A DNA stretch of 62,923 nucleotides from Endomicrobiia bacterium. Lineage in GTDB: Bacteria; Elusimicrobiota; Endomicrobiia; DTEH01. Below the pieces are notes generated by a model that made no database searches, was not told the DNA's origin, and saw only the letters and a program-made list of their open reading frames with translations. Position numbers and translations under genes: made by a program. The DNA lies in NCBI GenBank assembly GCA_025060535.1, contig JANXCA010000002.1, forward strand, positions 1 through 62,923, written 5' to 3'. Shown piece by piece: positions 10,112-17,391 of this stretch (positions are counted from its first letter, which is position 1; every line of letters starts with the position of its first letter).

Positions 10112-10720
10112 TTAACTTGTTAGCAAGCCTTTAAAAAAAGAAACAACAGTTTCACCATACGTTTTTTCCCTTATACAAAATTTATTATAATCCTGAAGTT
10201 TTTCTTTTTTGATATGTTGTACTATCAATAAACCATCTTTGTTTAGAATATTACTGTTAAATATTATTTCCACTGTTTTTGTAGCAAAATTAGTAAGTAG
10301 GAAGTTTTTAGATGATTTTTTTTCCACATATGGAGCTCCTATAAAAATTATATCAAAAGTCTCTTTATTGAATTTTTCTTTTAGAACTTTTTTTGCTTTC
10401 TCAAGCCATATTAGTTCCTTAATAATATCAGCTTTTATTACATAGCATTCGTTTTGGCAATTAAGTGAAATTATATTTTTTGAGATTACTTTTAAACAAT
10501 TTTTATCTTTTTCTACAAATACACAAAACTTAGCTCCCCGAGACAAAGCTTCTAAACCAACAGCACCACTTCCAGCATATAAATCTAAAAAAATACTTCC
10601 AGAAAGATAAGGAGTTAAAATATCAAATACTGACTTTTTAATTGAAGAAAGAATTGGACGAATATTTTTGGGAGTAGAAAGTATTCTTCCTTTATACTTC
10701 CCAGATATGATTTTTATCAT
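10112..10720 (-). CDS. rsmD: 16S rRNA (guanine966-N2)-methyltransferase RsmD
   Basis: SGKYKGRIL..P...RP N-terminus and SAM motif FLDLYAGSGAVGLEALSRGA. Confidence 0.8.
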   Translation of the reverse strand: MIKIISGKYKGRILSTPKNIRPILSSIKKSVFDILTPYLSGSIFLDLYAGSGAVGLEALSRGAKFCVFVEKDKNCLKVISKNIISLNCQNECYVIKADIIKELIWLEKAKKVLKEKFNKETFDIIFIGAPYVEKKSSKNFLLTNFATKTVEIIFNSNILNKDGLLIVQHIKKEKLQDYNKFCIREKTYGETVVSFFKGLLTS

Positions 10721-10734
10721 TAAAAATTAATAAC

Positions 10735-10806
10735 CTCCGGGGCGTGGACTCGAACCACGACTAAAGGATCCAAAGTCCCTTGTGCTACCAATTACACCAC
10801 CCCGGA
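10735..10806 (-). tRNA. tRNA-Gln (anticodon UUG)
   Basis: Hand-folded cloverleaf. Acceptor TCCGGGG/CCCCGGA (7 bp), D arm GTGT/GCAC, anticodon stem AGGGA/TCCTT with loop CTTTGGA (anticodon TTG), T arm CGTGG-TTCGAGT-CCACG, discriminator G. No encoded CCA. It is a local GC-rich island in AT-rich DNA. Confidence 0.9.
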
Positions 10807-10816
10807 AGTATTTATT

Positions 10817-12208
10817 CTACTGTTTTTTATATTTATTATAAACTTCAGGTAAATATGACTTTACTAAATCCCACATTTCCTCATCAGTTATATCACTTAC
10901 TCTATAATGTACATTATACTGTTCATCAATCCACTCTTTAATTTTTAAAATCCCTGGATGATCTTTAGGCAACCACTCATTTTCTGGAATCTTAAGCTTA
11001 GTATTAACCCAGTATGCAATACCTGCAAGTCCTGATTTATCTGAAATCCCTACTTCTGGTTTTCTTCCTAAGATCTTTTCTGTATTAAATATATTATAAA
11101 TTTCTTCATATTTTAATAATCCATCAGCGTGAATCCCTGCTCGAGTTTTAGCAAAGTTTTCTCCCACAAATGGCTGATTTGGTGGAATCCTATAGCCAAT
11201 TTTCTCTCTAAAATACTCAGCTATCCTTGTAATTGCAGATAAATCCATACCATTAGTTTCTCCCCTTAAAGCTACATATTCAATACATAATGCCTCAATT
11301 GGAGTATTTCCAGTTCTTTCACCTATTCCTAACAAAGAACCATTAGCAGCAGAACAACCATAAAGCCAAGCAGTTGTTGCATTCACTACTCCAAAATAAA
11401 AATCATTATGTCCATGCCATTCAAGCCATTCTGAAGGGACACCTGCTAACCTGGTTAAACCATATATTATTCCAGGCACACTTCTTGGCAAAGAAGCACC
11501 AGGGTATGTGACTCCATACCCTAAAGTATCGCATGCTCTTATTTTCACCGGCATCTTTGCTTCATGAGCAAGTTTCATAAGCTGTCTTGCAAAAGGAACT
11601 ACAAATCCATAAAAATCAGCACGGGTAATATCTTCAAAATGTACCCTCGGAATTATTTTCATCTCTAAAGCTTTCTCTACAATTTTCAAATACTGAGCCA
11701 TTGCTTGACTTCGTTTTAATTTTAATTTATAAAAAATGTGATAATCAGAAACAGAGGCCAAAATTCCTGTCTCTTTTATACCCATCTGTTTTACAAGTTC
11801 AAAATCTTTTTCATTTGCTCTTATCCAAGATGTAATCTCTGGGTATTTAAGTCCCAAGTTTCTACATTCTTCTAAGGCTTTTCTGTCTTTTTCTGTATAT
11901 ATAAACATTTCTGTCTGTCTTATAACACCATTAGGACCCGAAAGTTCAGACATAAGTTTATATAGGTCTACAATCTGCTCTACTGTAAAATTCCCAAAAC
12001 CCTGCTGACCATCACGAAATGTAGTATCTGTGATCCAAATTTCTTCAGCAGGATTCATTGGAACAAGCCTATGATTAAAAGGAATTTTTGGGATTTCATC
12101 ATATGAGAAGATATCTCTAAATAAATTAGGTTCTTCTACATCTTGTAATTCGTATCTATACTCATCTTGTTCAAGTGTTCTTCTTTGTTTATTAAATCTT
12201 AAAACCAT
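10817..12208 (-). CDS. HMGL-like aldolase family enzyme (isopropylmalate / homocitrate / Re-citrate synthase family)
   Basis: ITDTTFRDGQQ and HGHNDFYFGVVNATTAW metal-binding motifs of the DRE-TIM metallolyase family. It has an N-terminal extension of about 60 aa and lacks a LeuA regulatory domain. The specific reaction is not assignable by eye. Confidence 0.7.
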   Translation of the reverse strand: MVLRFNKQRRTLEQDEYRYELQDVEEPNLFRDIFSYDEIPKIPFNHRLVPMNPAEEIWITDTTFRDGQQGFGNFTVEQIVDLYKLMSELSGPNGVIRQTEMFIYTEKDRKALEECRNLGLKYPEITSWIRANEKDFELVKQMGIKETGILASVSDYHIFYKLKLKRSQAMAQYLKIVEKALEMKIIPRVHFEDITRADFYGFVVPFARQLMKLAHEAKMPVKIRACDTLGYGVTYPGASLPRSVPGIIYGLTRLAGVPSEWLEWHGHNDFYFGVVNATTAWLYGCSAANGSLLGIGERTGNTPIEALCIEYVALRGETNGMDLSAITRIAEYFREKIGYRIPPNQPFVGENFAKTRAGIHADGLLKYEEIYNIFNTEKILGRKPEVGISDKSGLAGIAYWVNTKLKIPENEWLPKDHPGILKIKEWIDEQYNVHYRVSDITDEEMWDLVKSYLPEVYNKYKKQ

Positions 12209-12365
12209 ATTAAGTACCTTAAATAAAAATTTTTTTATTTTTTACAAAAATAATTTTTAAAAAACAAGAACAATAAAATATCTTCTATCTAGAAGCAAAT
12301 AAACTTTATTGGTCTACTTTTCTAATCCTGACTATCTATCCAAATGTGAGTGAAAGCCTTAGTAC

Positions 12366-13400
12366 TTATTTGAAAAAGATTTTCATAAAATTAACCCAAT
12401 CAGAATCTACTGTTTTAAGTTTACCGGTTGCTTCCTCTAATGGAACAGGAACAACATTGTTACCTTTTAATGCTACCATATAACCAAACTTTCCCTCTAA
12501 CACAAGTTCAACTGCTTTCACTCCAACTCTTAAACCTAAAATTCTATCAAAAAGTGTAGGAGCTCCTCCTCTTTGAATATGTCCAATCACTGCTACTCTT
12601 GTTTCAATTCCTGTATTTTTTTCTATTACTTCTGCTATTTGTTCACCTATTCCTCTTTTTTTAAGAATCATATGTCCAAATTCATCTAACTCTTCTTTTT
12701 CTGTTTTTAAACCAGGGAGTATAACTCCCTCTGAAACTATTACTAATGCAGTCTTTTTCCTTTCATAAACCTTTTTTAAATGTTCACACATATTTTGAAT
12801 GTTTATTTCTTCTTCAGGAATTAAAATCCAATCTGCTGCAGATGCAATTCCTGTATATAAAGCAACCCACCCTGCATGTCTCCCCATAACTTCTAAAACC
12901 ATAATCCTCCTGTGTGATCTACCTGTATCAATTAACCTTTCAGCAGCATCTACGGCAACAGTTACAGCAGTATCAAAACCAAATGTATAATCTGTAGCAG
13001 AAAGATCATTATCCATAGTTTTGGGAACTCCAACTACAGGAAAATTTTTTTCTTTATATAACTTAGTCGCAACTCCTAATGTATCTTCTCCACCCATCGC
13101 AATTAAAGCATCTAAACCTAATTTATTTAATGTTTCTACACATTTATCAGGTCCCCCTTCTTTTTTATAAGGGTTTGTTCTTGAAGTACCAAGTATTGTA
13201 CCTCCCTTATTTACAATATACTCTACATCTGTTAAACTTAGAGAAACACTTTTTGCTTCAAGCATTCCTTTCCAACCATCTAAAATTCCCACACATTCTA
13301 TACCCTCCGATAAAGCTCTATATACTGCACCTCTTATAGCTGGATTTAATCCAGGACAATCACCACCACCTGTAAGAATTCCTATTTTTTTTATCTTCAT
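12366..13400 (-). CDS. pfkA: 6-phosphofructokinase, probably pyrophosphate-dependent
   Basis: GILTGGGDCPGLNPAIRG, MGGEDTLG, GVPKTMDNDL, VMGRHAGW. It has Asp and Lys at the two positions that are Gly104 and Gly124 in E. coli ATP-PFK. Confidence 0.9.
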   Translation of the reverse strand: MKIKKIGILTGGGDCPGLNPAIRGAVYRALSEGIECVGILDGWKGMLEAKSVSLSLTDVEYIVNKGGTILGTSRTNPYKKEGGPDKCVETLNKLGLDALIAMGGEDTLGVATKLYKEKNFPVVGVPKTMDNDLSATDYTFGFDTAVTVAVDAAERLIDTGRSHRRIMVLEVMGRHAGWVALYTGIASAADWILIPEEEINIQNMCEHLKKVYERKKTALVIVSEGVILPGLKTEKEELDEFGHMILKKRGIGEQIAEVIEKNTGIETRVAVIGHIQRGGAPTLFDRILGLRVGVKAVELVLEGKFGYMVALKGNNVVPVPLEEATGKLKTVDSDWVNFMKIFFK

Positions 13401-13446
13401 TTTATTTTATCCTCCTTTCCTTAAGAATTTATCCTATCATATTTTA

Positions 13447-14457
13447 TTAAGGAACTTCTATAGTGTTTAAAATCTGTTTTATTATATCATCAGTAGTAAT
13501 CTGTTCTGCTTCTGCCTCATAGGTAAGAATTATTCTATGTCTTAAAACATCATATGCCATTGCCTTTATGTCATCAGGAATAACATATCCTCTGTGATTT
13601 AAAAACGCATAACATTTTGCAGCTAATACTAAATATATAGAAGCTCTTGGAGAAGCTCCATACATTATAAATTGTTTTATATCTGAAAGATTATAATTCT
13701 CTGGTTCCCTAGTGGAAAAAACTATGTTTAATATATATTCTTTAAGCTTCTCATCTATATATATCTCATTTATTATTTTTCTTGCTTTTAAGATATCGCT
13801 AGGTGTAATTATTGGTTTTATATTAGAAAATCTTTCATCTAAAATTTGAGGTGTTAAATCCAAAATCTCTTTTTCTTCTTCTTTTTGTGGATAACTAATT
13901 TTTATCTTTAACATAAACCTGTCTACCTGAGCTTCAGGAAGAGGATAAGTTCCTTCTTGTTCTATAGGATTTTGTGTAGCCAATACTAAAAATGGTTCTT
14001 CAAGTTTATATGTCTGCTCCCCTATTGTCACTTGTCTTTCTTGCATAGCTTCCAAAAGTGCTGATTGTGTTTTTGCAGGTGCTCTATTTATTTCATCTGC
14101 TAAAATTATATTTGCAAATATTGGCCCTTTTTTCACTATAAATTGTGTAGTCTGTGGGTTATATACAAGAGTTCCTATAATATCAGCAGGTAAAAGATCA
14201 GGAGTAAATTGAATCCTTTGAAATTTTGTTTGAATACATTTTGAGAGTGTTTTTATAAGTAATGTTTTTGCTAAACCAGGAACTCCTTCAATTAAAATAT
14301 GACCATTACTTAACAGCCCAACTAAGACTCTCTCTATTACATAATCTTGCCCTATAATTATTTTGTGAATTTCATTTTTTAAATCTTGAATAAAAACAGA
14401 TTCTTTCTGAATTTTTTCATGGAGTTCACGAATAGTTTTGTCCATATCTGCCCCCAT
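13447..14457 (-). CDS. MoxR-family AAA+ ATPase
   Basis: Walker A GVPGLAKT, Walker B ILADEINRA, ATQNPIEQEGTYPLPEAQVDRF, C-terminal lid. Typical length of about 330 aa. Confidence 0.85.
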   Translation of the reverse strand: MGADMDKTIRELHEKIQKESVFIQDLKNEIHKIIIGQDYVIERVLVGLLSNGHILIEGVPGLAKTLLIKTLSKCIQTKFQRIQFTPDLLPADIIGTLVYNPQTTQFIVKKGPIFANIILADEINRAPAKTQSALLEAMQERQVTIGEQTYKLEEPFLVLATQNPIEQEGTYPLPEAQVDRFMLKIKISYPQKEEEKEILDLTPQILDERFSNIKPIITPSDILKARKIINEIYIDEKLKEYILNIVFSTREPENYNLSDIKQFIMYGASPRASIYLVLAAKCYAFLNHRGYVIPDDIKAMAYDVLRHRIILTYEAEAEQITTDDIIKQILNTIEVP

Positions 14458-14465
14458 AAGACAAA

Positions 14466-15593
14466 TTAACTAATGTCTTTCTCATAAACTCTATATTTCT
14501 TATAAATAACACCACCAAGTGACTCTGCTGCTCTGTTCATCATAACATTATCCTCAAGCACCCAAGAAATCTCAGCCCATTCATAACCTTGTTTTAACCC
14601 TTCAAGCATAGTGTGATAATACATAACACCTTCTATTCCTCTGTTTCTGTATTCCTTTTTTACACCCATTACCATTATTCTTAGTGATTTTATTTTATTT
14701 TTATAATAAAGAAACTTTAAAATTTCAATGGGACCTAATCTACCATTTAATTTTTTAAGAACTTCATTATAATTAGGAACACTTATCATCATACCAACCG
14801 GATTATTTTCAACAAAAGCAAAAAGAACAAATTCTGGTTTCAAAAGTGGTTTCAATCTTAATGCCTGTGAAACAAACTCTTTTTCTGTCCAAGGTACAAA
14901 ACCCCAGTTTTTCTCCCAAGCAGCATTGTAAATCTCAACTGCGTAAGCAATTTCCTGTTTAAAATTTTTAAGATTAACAGGACGAACAACAAGACCTGGA
15001 TTTTTCTTTTTAATCATATCTATTAACTTTTCCACTCTCTGTCTTTCTAATGACTCTCTTGTAATCTTGTAAGCATATAAGTCCTTTGCTTTTTTAAATC
15101 CATAGCTAATAAGAAGCTCATGGTAATAATGTGGATTATAAGGCATCATCAAAACAGGCTCTAAGTCATATCCTTCATATAAAAGTCCCATCTCATCATT
15201 AGTAGAAGGTGCAGTCGGTCCTAAAATTTTTTTCATACCTTTTTCTTTAAGCCATCCCTCAACAGCAGATAAAATCATAGAAGAAACTTCTTTAGCATTT
15301 TTTAAATTCAAACACTCAAAAAAGGCAAAAAAACCTACCTGTTCATTGTGAAATTTAATAAAATTATAATCTATAACTCCAGCAGCTCTTGCTAAAATTT
15401 TACCATTTTCATCTTCTATAAAAAATAACTTTTTTTCAGCATGTTCCCAAAAATAATTCTTTTTTTCGTCAAACAAAAGTTTTAAATCAGAAATAAGTTG
15501 TGGAACCCAATAAGGATTACCTTTATAAACTTCCCACTGAAACTTTATAAATCTAATTAAATCTTTTTTGTTATTTACATGTTTTATTTTCAT
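14466..15593 (-). CDS. Large GNAT-superfamily acyltransferase-like protein (function unknown)
   Basis: 375 aa. The C-terminal lobe carries an acyl-CoA-binding motif A-like stretch, VMGVKKEYRNRGIEGVMY. The N-terminal lobe (FQWEVYKGNPYWVPQL...GFFAFFE) looks like a second, degenerate GNAT fold. Confidence 0.55.
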   Translation of the reverse strand: MKIKHVNNKKDLIRFIKFQWEVYKGNPYWVPQLISDLKLLFDEKKNYFWEHAEKKLFFIEDENGKILARAAGVIDYNFIKFHNEQVGFFAFFECLNLKNAKEVSSMILSAVEGWLKEKGMKKILGPTAPSTNDEMGLLYEGYDLEPVLMMPYNPHYYHELLISYGFKKAKDLYAYKITRESLERQRVEKLIDMIKKKNPGLVVRPVNLKNFKQEIAYAVEIYNAAWEKNWGFVPWTEKEFVSQALRLKPLLKPEFVLFAFVENNPVGMMISVPNYNEVLKKLNGRLGPIEILKFLYYKNKIKSLRIMVMGVKKEYRNRGIEGVMYYHTMLEGLKQGYEWAEISWVLEDNVMMNRAAESLGGVIYKKYRVYEKDIS

Positions 15594-15621
15594 AAAAATA
15601 GAAAAGAAAATTTTAAAATAA

Positions 15622-16947
15622 CTATTTTTTTGCTAAAAATAATCTCCTCATCCACCTCTGGGTGCCAACGAAAAATCTTCTTGCTAATTTTTTTGGGAAG
15701 GAAGTTTTTTTATTTATTTTTACCAATTTTCCTTTAAATATACCACTACCCGGAATTAATCCAAATTTTCTACCTACTTTTGCAAACTTATCAAGTATAA
15801 ACTCTAACTGTTCATCTGTATGAATAGCCATATAACTTGTTCTAATCAACTCCTCACCTTCAGGAACAGCCGGAGGAAGAACAGGTGAGGTAAATACTCC
15901 TTCATCATATAAAGCACGCCAAATAGTAAATACTCTCTGTAGACCTCCACCAACTAAAATTGGAATAATAGGTGTTTGAGAGTTTCTTGTGTTGAATCCC
16001 AACTCTTTAAAACTTTTAAGCATCTTATTAGTAATCTCCCACAATCTTTTTCTTCTTTCTGGTTCCTCCTGAATTACATCTAATGCAGCAGAAATAGCTG
16101 CAACTTGTGCAGGTGGCAAGGCTGCTGTAAAAATTAAAGACCTTGCATGATGTTTTATATAATGAATAACTTCCTCCCTTCCTGCAATAAAACCGCCTAT
16201 TGAAGCTAACGATTTAGAAGCCGTAACCATTATAAGATCAGTTTCCGCTTCAAGTCCAAAATGTTCAGCAGTTCCACAACCATTTTTACCTAAAACACCT
16301 AAAGCATGTGCATCATCTAACATTACCCTTGCACCATAAAGTTTAGCAAGTTTTATAATCTCAGGTAAATTGCATATATCTCCCTCCATACTAAAGACTC
16401 CATCCACAACTATAAGTTTTGGTTTATCTTCATACTTCTTAAGAATTCTTTCTAAATCTTCCATATTATTATGTCTAAATCTAACCATTTCACCACCAAA
16501 ATACTCTGCTATCATACAACCATCAATTATAGAAGCATGATCAAGTTTATCTGTAATAACAACTTCGCCTTTATTTACTAATGCAGAAATTACACCTAAA
16601 TTAACATGATGACCTGTAGTAAAAAGAATCGCCGCCTCTTTATTTATAAACTTAGCAAATTTTTCTTCAACCTCTTCATGTAAATCCAAAGAGCCACTTA
16701 AAAATCTTGAACCAGTACAACTTGTACCATATTTTTTAATTGCTTTTATTGCTGCTTGTTTAACTTTAGGATGAACTGTTAATCCTAAATAATTATTTGA
16801 ACAACAGACTATTTTTCTTTCTCCATTAATTATTACTTCTGAAGTCTGTGCTGTAGAGATAGGTTTAAAGTATGGATATATACCTAATATCTGTGCCTGT
16901 CTGGCATCTGTAAACTTATAACACTTTGCAAAAATATCATTTATCAT
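15622..16947 (-). CDS. Alpha-oxoamine synthase family PLP enzyme, serine-palmitoyltransferase-like, with basic C-terminal extension
   Basis: NYLGL, GSRFLSGS, RFRHNNMEDL, DGVFSMEGD, DDAHALG, PLP-lysine motif TASKSLASIGGF, IFTAALPP. The start overlaps the yjbQ stop (ATGA at 16944..16947). The last roughly 42 aa are strongly basic. Confidence 0.8.
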   Translation of the reverse strand: MINDIFAKCYKFTDARQAQILGIYPYFKPISTAQTSEVIINGERKIVCCSNNYLGLTVHPKVKQAAIKAIKKYGTSCTGSRFLSGSLDLHEEVEEKFAKFINKEAAILFTTGHHVNLGVISALVNKGEVVITDKLDHASIIDGCMIAEYFGGEMVRFRHNNMEDLERILKKYEDKPKLIVVDGVFSMEGDICNLPEIIKLAKLYGARVMLDDAHALGVLGKNGCGTAEHFGLEAETDLIMVTASKSLASIGGFIAGREEVIHYIKHHARSLIFTAALPPAQVAAISAALDVIQEEPERRKRLWEITNKMLKSFKELGFNTRNSQTPIIPILVGGGLQRVFTIWRALYDEGVFTSPVLPPAVPEGEELIRTSYMAIHTDEQLEFILDKFAKVGRKFGLIPGSGIFKGKLVKINKKTSFPKKLARRFFVGTQRWMRRLFLAKK

Positions 16948-17378
16948 TTTTTTACTCCTATAATTTTTACTATAAGTTCTCTATTTCTTGGTCTGTTATC
17001 AAAATCTATAAAAACAACCTCTTGCCAAGTTCCTAACTGAAGTTTACCATCAGAAATAGGTATAACTAAAGAAGGCCCTATAAGTGTTGCTCTTAAATGA
17101 GAAGCTGCATTTCCTGGAAAATGTGTAGTGTTATGATGATAAAATTTATCATCTTTTATTATCTCTGAAAACATCTCCTTTGTATCCTTTATTAACTCTT
17201 TTTCATATTCTATAGTTGTCACACCACCTGTAGCACCTGGTACAAAAATAGTAACTATTCCATCATAAATTTGCGAACTAGCTACTATCTGAGATAAATA
17301 CTCAGTAATGTTTATTATATCTGTGTTTCCTTGGGTAGAAAAAATTATTTTATCTGTTATAATATTTAAATTTTTCAT
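16944..17378 (-). CDS. yjbQ: YjbQ/UPF0047 family protein (secondary thiamine-phosphate synthase-like)
   Basis: HLRATLIGPSLVIPISDGKLQLGTWQEVVFIDFD matches the YjbQ signature. The track ORF (to 17447) overlaps the upstream gene. The ATG at 17378 (MKNLNIITDK) gives a typical 144-aa protein. Confidence 0.8.
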   Translation of the reverse strand: MKNLNIITDKIIFSTQGNTDIINITEYLSQIVASSQIYDGIVTIFVPGATGGVTTIEYEKELIKDTKEMFSEIIKDDKFYHHNTTHFPGNAASHLRATLIGPSLVIPISDGKLQLGTWQEVVFIDFDNRPRNRELIVKIIGVKK

Positions 17379-17391
17379 ATTGAAAAAATGA

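Noticed and set aside
10721-10816. tRNA-Gln as a potential integration hotspot for a mobile element.
   Set aside because: - There is no integrase or recombinase gene and no direct repeat of the tRNA 3' end.
- The flanks show no compositional change.
- The neighbouring genes are rsmD and a metabolic synthase, only 10-14 nt away.
12282-12295. Palindrome CTTCTA-TC-TAGAAG in the largest intergenic gap (pfk stop to HMGL-family gene start), followed on the minus strand by a T-rich run.
   Set aside because: - The stem is only 5-6 bp with a 2-4 nt loop, which is too weak to call a rho-independent terminator.
- It is too short to call an operator without comparative data. It is noted only as a possible weak terminator or operator.
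13886-13894. A third perfect DnaA box (TGTGGATAA) inside the moxR coding region.
   Set aside because: It is a single isolated 9-mer inside a conserved gene. About one chance occurrence is expected in 63 kb on two strands of AT-rich DNA.
16944-16947. Possible alternative genetic code (TGA reassignment), considered because of the low GC content and the candidate-phylum-like gene content.
   Set aside because: - TGA terminates full-length, well-conserved genes at the expected length, for example yjbQ at 16944..16946 and lpxL at 40336..40338.
- No conserved gene appears interrupted by in-frame stops.
- The standard code 11 fits.
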